NCBI GenBank assembly: GCA_964016885.1
Contig: OZ024740.1
Location: 14,508,001-14,572,000, forward strand
Direction: 5' to 3'
Origin: Eledone cirrhosa
Taxonomy: Eukaryota
DNA: 64,000 nucleotides
Numbering within the stretch: the first letter of the stretch is position 1; every line of letters starts with the position of its first letter. The position numbers and the translations under genes were made by a program. The notes beneath the pieces are model-generated. The model had not been told where the DNA came from. It worked only from the letters and a program-made list of their open reading frames with translations, and did no database searches. Shown one piece after another: positions 45,848 to 58,250 of the stretch.

Positions 45848-45961
45848 AAAAAAAAAAAAAAAAATCACTTATTGACGACATACACACACGCGCATACATA
45901 TGCGCGCACACAGCAACACTCGTACATACAAACAAACACACACACGCTACTCTACTCACTT

Positions 45962-45993
<32 letters not shown>

Positions 45994-46109
45994 TACCGTC
46001 ATTACTGATACAAGATTACAAGATTATGTCAACTGTTGACTTTCAAGAGTTTGTATAGTTGAAGCCGATCGTACTACAGTCCAGTATTATTATAATTGCT
46101 TTACAGCAT

Positions 46110-46252
46110 AGAGTTATGGCTCTCCACGCTCTGAGCTTAAATCCCGCCGAGGTCAACCTTGCCTTTCATCCCCACGGAGTCAACAAAAGAGAGTACCAGT
46201 GATGCGCTGGGCCAGTCGCTGAATCCGTGCCAAAAGCAGAAAAATTATTATT
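46110..46252 (+). mobile_element. Diverged copy of the tRNA-derived SINE
   Basis: AAATCCCGCCGAGGTCAACCTTGCCTTTCATCC...AGTACCAGT...GTGCCAAAAGCAGAAA with an (ATT)n tail. The 5' boundary is approximate. Confidence 0.8.
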
Positions 46253-47065
46253 AAAGTTGTTTTCTTAAGGCCCGGTCGCTGGTGATGGTGATGGCGGCGG
46301 CGGTAGTGGTGGTGGTGGTGGTGGTGGTGGTGGCAGTTGATGTTGTTGTTGTGTTGTGTGCGTGTGTGTGTGTGTGTTTTTTTATTTTGATTTTTTTTTA
46401 AAAAATCTTTTGATGCCGCTGTTGTTGTTGTAAATGTTCATTTCAGTTCATTCTGAAGCTGTTGTTGCTGTAAACATTAGTGTCGGTGTTGTTGTAGATG
46501 TTGGGGTTGAAATCTGGTCGTTTGACTGAGTGATGTATATACACACATATACATACATATATATATATATATATACACATTCAACAGAGAGTAGAGAGTT
46601 TGACAACAGGTCGATGACTTTAGTCTAGATAGGGTAATGACATGTAATGGTGGGGAGAGAGTGTAGAAGTTATTGTGGTAGCGGGGGACAGTGCGATGTA
46701 TCTAGTTCATTTGACCGTTTTCTTCTCTTTGCAAAGTTTGAATTTTAGCCATGTTATATTGAGATGTAAGTAAATGTAAAATGTAAAATATAAATAAGGA
46801 TTGCTCTGCTAAAATATACTAAAATATTTGTGTAACTTCCACAAACTTCTGTCGTGACATTCCCGAGTCCACTGACCAACAAATTGTGTATTTTGATGTT
46901 TCAGAATACAAAAATTAATTAAAAACTTACCCCACGAAAAGACAGCGTGTGTTGTCCTATCTATAAGCTCCCTCATACATGCATACATACATACATACAT
47001 ACATACATACATACATACATACATACATACATACATACATACATACATACATACATACGGTATAA

Positions 47066-50000
47066 TGGTTCTCACTTGAATGATATGCTTTTGCAATCCA
47101 GGAACAGGAAATAACAAAATACCTAAAGCATTAAAAAAGATGCAGGCAAACACCTGAATATTACAACAGATACAGGCAAAACACCTGGATATTACAACAG
47201 ATGCAGGCAAAACACCTAAATGTTACAACAGATGCAGGCAAAACACCTGGATATTACAAAAGATGCAGGCAAAACACCTAAATATTACAACAGATGCAGG
47301 CAAAACACCTGGATGTGACAACAGATGCAGGCAAAACACCTGAATATTACAACAGATGCAGGAAAAACACCTGGATATTACAACAGATGCAGGAAAAACA
47401 CCTGGATATGACAACAGATGCAGGCAAAACACCTGAATATTACAACAGATACAGGCAAAACACCTGGATATTACAACAGATGCAGGCAAAACACCTGGAT
47501 GTGACAACAGATGCAGGCAAAACACCTAAATGTTACAACAGATGCAGGCAAATCACTTGGATATTACAAAAGATGCAGGCAAAACACCTGAATATTACAA
47601 CAGATGAAGGAAAAACACATGGATATTACAACAGATGCAGGAAAAACACCTGGATATGACAACAGATGCAGGCAAAACACCTGAATGTGACAACAGATGC
47701 AGGCAAAACACCTGTATATGACAACAGATGTAGGCAAAACACCTGGATGTGATAACAGATGCGGGCAAAACACCTGGATGTGACAACAGATGCAGGCAAA
47801 ACACCTGGATGTGACAACAGATGCAGGAAAAACACCTGGATGTGACAACAGATGCAGGCAAAACACCTTGATGTGACAACAGATGCAGGCAAAACACCTT
47901 GATGTGACAACAGATGCAGGCAAAACACCTGGATGTGACAACATATGCAGGAAAAACACCTGGATGTGATAACAGATGCAGGCAAAACACCTGGATGTGA
48001 CAACAGATGCAGGCAAAACACCTGGATATGACAACAGATGCAGGCAAAACACCTTGATGTGACAACAGATGCAGGAAAAACACCTGGATGTGATAACAGA
48101 TGCAGGCAAAACACCTGGATGTGACAACAGATGCAGGCAAAACACCTGGATGTGACAACAGATGCAGGCAAAACACCTGGATGTGACAACAGATGCAGGC
48201 AAAACACCTGGATGTGATAACAGATGCAGGCAAAACACCTGGATGTGACAACAGATGCAGGCAAAACACCTGGATGTGACAACAGATGCAGGAAAAACAC
48301 CTGGATGTGACAACAGATGCAGGCAAAACACCTTGATGTGACAACAGATGCAGGCAAAACACCTTGATGTGACAACAGATGCAGGCAAAACACCTGGATG
48401 TGACAACATATGCAGGCAAAACACCTGGATGTGATAACAGATGCAGGAAAAACACCTGGATGTGACAACAGATGCAGGCAAAACACCTGGATATGACAAC
48501 AGATGCAGGCAAAACACCTTGATGTGACAACAGATGCAGGAAAAACACCTGGATGTGATAACAGATGCAGGAAAAACACCTGGATGTGACAACAGATGCA
48601 GGCAAAACACCTGGATGTGACAACAGATGCAGGCAAAACACCTGGATGTGACAACAGATGCAGGCAAAACACCTGGATGTGACAACAGATGCAGGCAAAA
48701 CACCTGGATGTGACAACAGATGCAGGCAAAACACCTGGATGTGACAACAGATGCAGGCAAAACACCTGAATATTACAACAGATGCAGGAAAAACACCTGG
48801 ATATTACAACAGATGCAGGAAAAACACCTTGATGTGACAACAGATGCAGGAAAAACACCTGGATGTGATAACAGATGCAGGAAAAACACCTGGATGTGAC
48901 AACAGATGCAGGCAAAACACCTGGATGTGACAACAGATACAGGCAAAACACCTGGATATTACAACAGATGCAGGCAAAACACCTGGATGTGACAACAGAT
49001 GCAGGCAAAACACCTAAATGTTACAACAGATGCAGGCAAATCACTTGGATATTACAAAAGATGCAGGCAAAACACCTGAATATTACAACAGATGAAGGAA
49101 AAACACATGGATATTACAACAGATGCAGGAAAAACACCTGGATATGACAACAGATGCAGGCAAAACACCTGAATGTGACAACAGATGCAGGCAAAACACC
49201 TGTATATGACAACAGATGTAGGCAAAACACCTGGATGTGATAACAGATGCGGGCAAAACACCTGGATGTGACAACAGATGCAGGCAAAACACCTGGATGT
49301 GACAACAGATGCAGGAAAAACACCTGGATGTGACAACAGATGCAGGCAAAACACCTTGATGTGACAACAGATGCAGGCAAAACACCTTGATGTGACAACA
49401 GATGCAGGCAAAACACCTGGATGTGACAACATATGCAGGAAAAACACCTGGATGTGATAACAGATGCAGGCAAAACACCTGGATGTGACAACAGATGCAG
49501 GCAAAACACCTGGATATGACAACAGATGCAGGCAAAACACCTTGATGTGACAACAGATGCAGGAAAAACACCTGGATGTGATAACAGATGCAGGCAAAAC
49601 ACCTGGATGTGACAACAGATGCAGGCAAAACACCTGGATGTGACAACAGATGCAGGCAAAACACCTGGATGTGACAACAGATGCAGGCAAAACACCTGGA
49701 TGTGATAACAGATGCAGGCAAAACACCTGGATGTGACAACAGATGCAGGCAAAACACCTGGATGTGACAACAGATGCAGGAAAAACACCTGGATGTGACA
49801 ACAGATGCAGGCAAAACACCTGGATGTGACAACAGATGCAGGCAAAACACCTTGATGTGACAACAGATGCAGGCAAAACACCTGGATGTGACAACATATG
49901 CAGGCAAAACACCTGGATGTGATAACAGATGCAGGAAAAACACCTGGATGTGACAACAGATGCAGGCAAAACACCTGGATATGACAACAGATGCAGGCAA

Positions 50001-50384
50001 AACACCTTGATGTGACAACAGATGCAGGAAAAACACCTGGATGTGATAACAGATGCAGGAAAAACACCTGGATGTGACAACAGATGCAGGCAAAACACCT
50101 GGATGTGACAACAGATGCAGGCAAAACACCTGGATGTGACAACAGATGCAGGCAAAACACCTGGATGTGACAACAGATGCAGGCAAAACACCTGGATGTG
50201 ACAACAGATGCAGGCAAAACACCTGGATGTGACAACAGATGCAGGCAAAACACCTGGATGGGACAACACCTGCACTGCGAAATAAACACGGAAGATGTCA
50301 CATGAAAAGCAGCTGTCCAAAGACGTCATGAGGGTAGCATCTAGGTATGAGGCATGATGTAGTGGTCAATAGACTGGACAATGG
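47066..50384 (+). mobile_element. Old R4/Dong-like LINE fragment split by an internal satellite expansion
   Basis: The left flank 47066-47138 matches LINE GGCTCCCACTTTGAAGGATACGCTTTTGCAATCCAAGAACAGG. The right flank 50268-50384 matches AGCAGCTGTCCAAAGATGTCAT...TATGAGGCATGATGTAGTGG. Preceded by (CATA)n at 46974-47058. Confidence 0.88.
47139..50268. repeat. 31-bp tandem satellite ACAACAGATGCAGGCAAAACACCTGGATGTG, about 100 copies, with a 1488-bp internal duplication
   Basis: Direct periodicity. Identical variant blocks recur 1488 bp (48 monomers) apart, e.g. ORFs ending at 47564/49052 and 47595/49083. Confidence 0.98.
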
Positions 50385-50484
50385 ACATCAACACATGGGT
50401 GTGCATGTATCCCCTCTCACCGGCGGGTAGTATGTGTGTGTGCTTCTCTGTGTGTGTATTCCGACAATAGTAAACCTACCGACA

Positions 50485-50861
50485 TACACCCTCTCTCTCC
50501 ATCTTTCTCCCACACCCTCTCTCTCCATCTTTCTCCCACACCCTCTCTCTCCATCTTTCTCCCACACCCTCTCTCTCCATCTTTCTCCCACACACTCTCT
50601 CCCCTCTTTCTCCCACACACTCTCTCCCATTCTCTCTCTGTTTCCCCTCTATTAGTCTACAAGTCACATGCACACATTCTACTCCCCCTCTCTCCATCAC
50701 TCTCTCTCCCTCTCTCCATCACTCTCTCTCTCCCTCTCTCCATCACTCTCTCTCCTTCTCTCCATCACTCTCTCTCCCTCTCACCATCACTCTCTCTCTA
50801 TCTCTCTCCCTTTCTCTCTCCCTCTCTCTCTCCCTCTCTCCCTCCCTCTCTCTCTCCCTCC

Positions 50862-50952
<91 letters not shown>
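50485..50952. repeat. 26-bp minisatellite (CACACCCTCTCTCTCCATCTTTCTCC, 4-5 copies) grading into a (CT)n polypyrimidine tract
   Basis: Direct reading. Confidence 0.9.
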
Positions 50953-50953
<1 letters not shown>

Positions 50954-51209
50954 ATTAGTCAACACGCCACTACAACAATTAACTAAGACACAGAACGACC
51001 TAAAGAAATCTAGGTAAATACTTAAACAGATTCTGCTAATTACATTAAATATAATTCACTTTTAGTTGAATCTAATTACATGTAATACTGTAGCTCGGCA
51101 ATGTTGTTGTTGTTCTATTTATTGTTGATCTATTAACGTAGATTAAGTCAACGTAAACAACCCCCCACACACACACACACATACACACACACACACATAT
51201 GTGTGTGTG

Positions 51210-51292
<83 letters not shown>

Positions 51293-51299
<7 letters not shown>

Positions 51300-51452
51300 A
51301 AGTTAAATAAAAGTCAAATGATTAAATTTTAATCATTTGACTTTTATTTAACTTTATTTTACACTACTCCGGAGTAACCAAACCAACCTGCGCACTTCGT
51401 CGAGTGATCCAGCCTGCATACTGAGGTGTTGGTATACAACCAACATAAACTC

Positions 51453-51458
<6 letters not shown>
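51293..51458 (+). mobile_element. Short PLE 3'-terminal fragment with a perfect 34-bp hairpin at its 5' end
   Basis: 51324-51458 is nearly identical to 61934-62068. 51293-51326 is the reverse complement of 51328-51361. Confidence 0.8.
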
Positions 51459-51529
<71 letters not shown>

Positions 51530-51656
51530 AAAGTTATATTTAAATTGTTGGGTTACAACTAGTAAATATTTATAACTGATATAAAAGCACTCAACAAGTA
51601 TTTGGAGTATATTTACGATATTAAATAAATGGAAACTATATTTATAAAACCATATC

Positions 51657-51722
51657 TATTTCATTATATAAATTTCAGGGATATCATATTAACAATATGT
51701 TATGCCTTCTTCAGACAAAATA
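51657..51722 (-). ncRNA. Type I hammerhead ribozyme (inverted-arm copy, stem III loop TTTATA)
   Basis: Reverse complement of 55279-55344 with one substitution in the stem III palindrome. Confidence 0.7.
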
Positions 51723-51816
51723 CAATATAGACAGTTTTATAAATAAATAGATTTGACATACCGTTCAACATCGACTTGTATTTGAAAAGTTGATTTGGCA
51801 GTGAAAAATTGTAAAC

Positions 51817-51871
<55 letters not shown>

Positions 51872-53199
51872 AAACGAAGAAAAAGAAGAAATGCATGCAA
51901 CTAAATAGAGAGATGGAAAGATAGATAAAGAGAAGAACTTCATGTAAAGAAACAGAGAGAGATATAGAGAGAGAGGAAATAGATAGAGATATATATATAT
52001 AGAGAAAAGTAGGTAGTTGAACATCCGTTGAATGACGTATCAATGATACATTTATTTATTTATTTATTTATTTATTTAGCTCTAGTATTAATGTAAGGGA
52101 GATATATGTGGTTAGGAGAGAAACCAGCCGTTATATATAGAGAAAAAATGAAAAGTAACCAGACATAGGCGAGGCAGAATTTAAAAACCCTATGTTTCAA
52201 TGTAGAAATATTAGTTCGTATAAAAAACAGGCACTATAATGTAAATATCAGTATTCATGAATGAGACACGTATCTATAATGTGTGAAAAGTAATGATCTT
52301 ATGTCTAGTTTTAAAAATTCATATGTTTATATGATAACTACAAACATCGATGTGAATTTACGTGATCAACTCTGCAAACTCCTATTTCACACGGAGAACA
52401 TTCTCATTGTGCTATAAAAATTTAAGTATACATATATGTGTATATATACACATATATATAGAGTCTATATTAATTTTAACAATACTATTCTTGTCTTTAC
52501 TCTACATGATTATCTATCAAGCAGAAATAGAGAACAGATTTCAATATATTAATAAAAATATCAGAAACAAAAACAAAAAATAATAATAAATAAATAAAAC
52601 AGAAAACTAAAAAATATTACATATTAAAAATAAAAATATTAAAAATATTAAAAAATATTAAAATAATAAAAATAAAAACATAGTATGCCACGCAAATCGA
52701 CCATAAAGATCAACCCTTCAAAATTAATTGACAATATATTGCCAAGTTCATTATAAGCATCAGAGTCGAAAACAGATAAAACTAAAAATTATTTACCAAA
52801 TCACGTCTAGCAGAAATCATTTCAAAAGTTTAGGATACCCATTTGGTCTACATATGTTCTTATATTTAATATAGAAGTTTATCTAGTGTAACATTTATTC
52901 GATATATTTGGAGCATCAACTTTTAGGGTAGTTTAATTTTTCATGAAGAATGTTTAAAATAAAAATAAAAAGAAGAATAAAAAGAAGAAATCGAAAGATT
53001 TATCGGCTAGTTTCATAAATAATTACAAATCAAACTAAATATACTACATTTTAAATTTAAATTTATATTTAAAAGTTGAGTTCAATCTATGTTTGCAGCA
53101 ACTGAATAAATTTGTCCGTAGATTAAGGGAATTTTTAGATTTTAGTATAAAGAATATCTCCTCCGCGCGTTAGCTAGAGCAGGATATAGTGATAAAATT

Positions 53200-53994
53200 A
53201 TGTACATAGATAATGATAGACAAACTAAACAAAATAACAACTATTTGAATTACGGCCACAACCTTAACAACTATAATAGAAAGCATTACAATAATTCCAA
53301 AAGCCAAAAAAGAAATAGAACTAGGAACATAATATGGTTTGCCCCCCCTTTCTCACTAAACATTAAAACCCACATCGCTAAACTACATTTTAAAGCTCTT
53401 GATAATCGCTTCCCTAGAACACATAGGTATCACTCAATTTTCAATAGACATACTATAAAATTAACCTACTCATCCATCAAAAATTTAGCACAAAATATTA
53501 ATAGAATAAATAATAGGAACTTAAAACCTAGCGATAATAGCATAAATAATATACAAGTTAACAAATGTAACTGTAGAGATAGATCTAAATGTCCGTTAAA
53601 TAACAACTGCTTAGTTAAAAATATAATATACAACTGTAATGTTAAAACGGACTCTAATTCTTTTAACTACGTTGGTTCCACATCGACGGAATTTAAACTT
53701 CGCTATAATAACCACAAGAATTCTTTCACAGATCCAAGCAAAAAATCTTCAACAGCACAATCAGGCGTACTCTGGCAACTTAGGCAAGATAACGTTAGAT
53801 ATTTGACGGCTTGGAATATAGTCTCAAGAGGGATTCCTTTTAATTCATCCTCTGAGACATGTGACCTCTGCGCGGAGGAGATATTCTTTATACTAAAATC
53901 TAAAAATTCCCTTAATCTACGGACAAATTTATTCAGTTGCTGCAAACATAGATTGAACTCAACTTTTAAATATAAATTTAAATTTAAAATGTAG
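53200..53994 (+). CDS. PLE ORF C-terminus: linker plus GIY-YIG endonuclease; RT missing through truncation
   Basis: RNIIWFAPPFS; CNC-x5-C-x5-C linker; IIY-x10-YVG; FKLRYNNH; CDLCAEE..LN..CKH. Upstream in-frame ALARAGY resembles the end of a PLE RT thumb, so the annotated Met is not a true start. Confidence 0.88.
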   Translation: MYIDNDRQTKQNNNYLNYGHNLNNYNRKHYNNSKSQKRNRTRNIIWFAPPFSLNIKTHIAKLHFKALDNRFPRTHRYHSIFNRHTIKLTYSSIKNLAQNINRINNRNLKPSDNSINNIQVNKCNCRDRSKCPLNNNCLVKNIIYNCNVKTDSNSFNYVGSTSTEFKLRYNNHKNSFTDPSKKSSTAQSGVLWQLRQDNVRYLTAWNIVSRGIPFNSSSETCDLCAEEIFFILKSKNSLNLRTNLFSCCKHRLNSTFKYKFKFKM

Positions 53995-55278
53995 TATATT
54001 TAGTTTGATTTGTAATTATTTATGAAACTAGCCGATAAATCTTTCGATTTCTTCTTATTCTTCTTTTTATTTTAATTTTAAACATTCTTCATGAAAAATT
54101 AAACTACCCTAAAAGTTGATGCTCCAAATATATCGAATAAATGTTACACTAGATAAACTTCTATATTAAATATAAGAACATATGTAGACCAAATGGGTAT
54201 CCTAAACTTTTGAAATGATTTCTGCTAGACGTGATTTAGTAAATAATTTTTAGTTTTATCTGTTTTCGACTCTGATGCTTATAATGAACTTGGCAATATA
54301 TTGTCAATTAATTTTGAAGGGTTGATCTTTGTGGTCGATTTGCGTGGCATACTATGTTTTTATTTTTATTATTTTAATATTTTTTAATATTTTTAATATG
54401 TAATATTTTTTAGTTTTCTGTTTTATTTATTTATTATTATTTTTTGTTTTTGTTTCTGATATTTTTTATTAATATATTGAAATCTGTTCTCTATTTCTGC
54501 TTGATAGATAATCATGTAGAGTAAAGACAAGAATAGTATTGTTAAAATTAATATAGACTCTATATATATGTGTATATATACACATATATGTATACTTAAA
54601 TTTTTATAGCACAATGAGAATGTTCTCCGTGTGAAATAGGAGTTTGCAGAGTTGATCACGTAAATTCACATCGATGTTTGTAGTTATCATATAAACATAT
54701 GAATTTTTAAAACTAGACATAAGATCATTACTTTTCACACATTATAGATACGTGTCTCATTCATGAATACTGATATTTACATTATAGTGCCTGTTTTTTA
54801 TACGAACTAATATTTCTACATTGAAACATAGGGTTTTTAAATTCTGCCTCGCCTATGTCTGGTTACTTTTCATTTTTTCTCTATATATAACGGCTGGTTT
54901 CTCTCCTAACCACATATATCTCCCTTACATTAATACTAGAGCTAAATAAATAAATAAATAAATAAATGTATCATTGATACGTCATTCAACGGATGTTCAA
55001 CTACCTACTTTTCTCTATATATATATATCTCTATCTATTTCCTCTCTCTATATATCTCTCTCTGTTTCTTTACATGAAGTTCTTCTCTTTATCTATCTTT
55101 CCATCTCTCTATTTAGTTGCATGCATTTCTTCTTTTTCTTCGTTTTCTTTCTTTCTTTCCTTCTTTCTTTCTTTCTTTCTTTCTGTTTACAATTTTTCAC
55201 TGCCAAATCAACTTTTCAAATACAAGTCGATGTTGAACGGTATGTCAAATCTATTTATTTATAAAACTGTCTATATTG

Positions 55279-55344
55279 TATTTTGTCTGAAGAAGGCATA
55301 ACATATTGTTAATATGATATCCCTGAAATATATATAATGAAATA
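55279..55344 (+). ncRNA. Type I minimal hammerhead ribozyme in pLTR (AUA site)
   Basis: Stem I TATTTTGT/ATGAAATA; CTGAAGA; stem II AGG..CATATT-GTT-AATATG..CCT; GAAA; palindromic stem III A-TATATA-T; cleavage after A55336. Confidence 0.8.
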
Positions 55345-55384
55345 GATATGGTTTTATAAATATAGTTTCCATTTATTTAATATC

Positions 55385-55466
<82 letters not shown>

Positions 55467-55551
55467 CTTGCAGACCCCTGCAAGCGGAATTAGTCGATCT
55501 CGGAGTTACAGAAACCTAGCGTGGACGTTGTATGTTGTATGTGATGTATAT

Positions 55552-55670
55552 CGTGAGTTCAAATCCCACAGAGGTTAACTTTGCCTTTCATCCTTACGGG
55601 GTCGATAAAATAAAGTACCAGTAACGTACTGGGATAATTGCTGGCCTTGTGCCAAAAGTAGAAACAATTA
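55552..55670 (+). mobile_element. tRNA-derived SINE copy (B-box to tail)
   Basis: GAGTTCAAATCCCACAGAGGTTAACTTTGCCTTTCATCCTTACGGGGTCGATAAAATAAAGTACCAG...GCCTTGTGCCAAAAGTAGAAAC. The head may extend upstream. Confidence 0.88.
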
Positions 55671-55907
55671 TATATTGCATTCGGTCTCCGCGCTATGTCC
55701 AGGTCAGTCTAAAATCTTTCCTGAGTCCAACCATTTTCGTTGCTATGGCAATGCGGCTGGACTGTTGATCGCTATATTTGATTTGCAAAGCTGTCTAAAC
55801 GTATTGTTATTACTCTGGGGTACTATTCCCTATCGAGTGCTAAAGCTACATACCGAATTTGCATTCGTTAGCTTAGCCGCAACCTAAAGCTTCGTTAATG
55901 CTGTACT

Positions 55908-55946
<39 letters not shown>

Positions 55947-55950
<4 letters not shown>

Positions 55951-56100
55951 ATAATATTAAATTTGAAGACTAAAATCCAAAGAGAGCTCGATAAGGATAA
56001 ATATATATCAAATATATAAGAACCGTAGTGCAAATATTTATTAAAATAACAGATTAAAGTTTAAGCAAAAAATCGGTGCTTCCACCCTTAACGTGATCTT
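55947..56100 (-). mobile_element. Short repeat, probable PLE pLTR remnant between (TA)n tracts
   Basis: Homologous to 58017-58180, where its second half is inverted. Confidence 0.6.
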
Positions 56101-56187
56101 TTTTTTATAAATATATATATATATATATATATACATTGAGTTCTTCATACGGATTGGACACTACCGTAAACTCTTGGTAGATTTATC

Positions 56188-56235
<48 letters not shown>

Positions 56236-56356
56236 CATACAAGGTGTCCAACTTATACTGATTTATGTATATATATATATATTGTTATACTTTGGGAGGG
56301 TCATGTTATATATATATATATATTTAGTTATGTAATAAACAACATAAGATAATTAT

Positions 56357-56417
56357 TTAATTTACCAGTGGTTTCTTGAAGACAGATGTTGTGCCTGTCT
56401 TCAGTCGTCAGAATGAA
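56357..56417 (-). ncRNA. Type I hammerhead ribozyme candidate (GUA site)
   Basis: Minus strand TTCATT-CTGACGA-c-TGAAGACAG-loop-CTGTCTTCA-a-GAAA-CCACTGG-TA-AATTAA. 9-bp stem II with a mismatched first pair; weak stem I. Confidence 0.6.
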
Positions 56418-57576
56418 TAAAAAACATGGTGTTTTATTAAATATGGATTTGAAAACAAAATTTAGGAAATATGAAAATGAGGCTGAAAAAAACGGGTGAA
56501 AAGGAAAAAGGGGAAAAAAATAAAAAATATATATATAAAAATGTAAATATCCAGAACGTAAACATACACACACTGAACTACGCGCATATAGTACAAAGTA
56601 CGTAGACGGATACTTTCTCACATAAGCGTATTTGCGTCTACATAGAAAAACGGACAGGAACATAAATACATACACATACATATATTTACGTAGACCACGG
56701 AACGTATACGCATAAACGCATGTGGTGCCTGTCTATATACAGGTTTAGCACCCATGGTCCACATAATTCCGTAACCTACTAGTATACCTTGATTATGTAT
56801 ACTATGGGGAGGAATAAAATCCCATTTGGGATTTCTGTAGGTACCTTGGGAGCCTTTTAGTATTTCTATAACTCTAAGTTATGGAGAACTAAATCACCTG
56901 TTATATATAGTGACCAACGCATAGCTTCCTCTCTTTTTTGTGTGCTATAACATTTTTTTTATTTTTCTTCTTTTTTAATTTTTTTATCCCTTTATATTAT
57001 TATTTTCCTTTTACTTTATTATCATATTATATGTTTTAACTATTGTTTATATTTTTTGCTTTTGTGTGCCCTCGCGTGCTTCTGCATCTTGTGAAAAAAT
57101 CTGCCTGTACCATTGCATTTAGCTGTAGTGCTGAATAACAACCCCACTATGCACTCTCTCCATACTTGCCATTCCCAATCCCCCTCTTGTTGCACTCTAT
57201 TGTATTTCTAATGTTCATGTGACTAAGCTCGGTAGAGCTTATGCTCTGCACTGCATGTTTGTTTATAAAGCTCTGATTATTCCTGCCCAATGGTATGGAT
57301 GAAACATTGTCAACAAATAAAAATAAAAATTGTATGAGTATGTAGGTGTTCTTTGATTTCTTTTACACATACATATACACAGATATATATGCACTCAAAA
57401 ATGTACATACAAATATGGACAGTAGTTAAGAAACAGGAATAACTAAATAAATAAATAAGAACAAAAAATACAAAAAATATATGTATATATATACGTTATT
57501 CCGGGTTGAATCGGAGGTGACCACAGTAAGTAAGGTACTCAATACATAGCAGAGTATAAAAGTTTTAATGTAGATG

Positions 57577-57627
57577 AGATTCTACAGGACTAGAACAGTT
57601 TCATTCTTTAGAAATCATCAGGAATCT
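57577..57627 (-). ncRNA. Type I hammerhead ribozyme (one stem III mismatch)
   Basis: Reverse complement of 60340-60390 with ACAG changed to ACTG. Confidence 0.65.
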
Positions 57628-58016
57628 GGGTATCCAAAAATAAAAGTGGTATATATAGGTCTTTTCAGGTGGTAGGAGAGGTTGGGGAGTGGGATGGGTG
57701 GAGGTCATTGGTTGATAGAAAAGGGAATTCATTAAAAGCTAATTCTTTAAAGCTATAATTTATATTTAAAGTGACAAAGGCAGAAAGAATTCTATAAACA
57801 AGTTCAGATTGGGGTGCCACTCCATATTTTTAAGTTTCTCTTCAGCTAACAATGCCTATATTTCAGGTGTCTATAAGATCATTGGGGGTCGGTCATGGTT
57901 GAAGGATTTAAAGAAAAGGAAATATATATATATATATGTGTGTATGTATATGTATATATATATATGTGTGTGTATGTATGTATGTGTATGTGTATGTGTA
58001 TATATATATATATATA

Positions 58017-58177
58017 GTAATAATAATAAAATTGCAGAGTAAAATCCAAAGAGGGCTCGATAAGGAAAATATATATCAAATATATAAGAACCGAGGAGCA
58101 AATATTTATTTCAGAAGATCCCGTTAAGGGTGAAAGCAGCGATTCTTTGCTTAAACTTTAATCTGTTATTTTAATAA

Positions 58178-58180
<3 letters not shown>
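58017..58180. mobile_element. Short PLE-like remnant with internal inversion and degenerate hammerhead
   Basis: First half is colinear with 55947-56042; second half is inverted relative to 56035-56100. It contains CAGAAGA-T-CCC-GTTAA-GGG-T-GAAA-GCA..TGC-TT. Confidence 0.55.
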
Positions 58181-58247
<67 letters not shown>

Positions 58248-58250
58248 CAG

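Larger units (their letters stand above)
51614..55387 (+). mobile_element. Penelope-like element (Naiad-like), 5'-truncated, with a ~1.5-kb inverted pLTR
   Basis: Inverted arms 51614-53168 / 53870-55387 surround a GIY-YIG ORF. There is a hammerhead in each arm and (TA)n on both sides (left tract ends ~51527). Confidence 0.9.

Noticed and set aside
47223-50329. ORFs of 380-460 aa in all three minus frames
   Set aside because: A stop-free 31-bp monomer read through three frames. The sequence derives from the plus-strand LINE.
53200-55387. Selenocysteine-type Naiad (UGA at Cys positions plus SECIS)
   Set aside because: All conserved Cys codons here are TGT/TGC and the frame has no internal TGA.
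57258-57320. Hammerhead-like CTGATTA..GAAACATTGTC followed by AATAAA
   Set aside because: The conserved core G is replaced by T and stem I is displaced by 9 nt. It is at best a dead relic, so it was not called.
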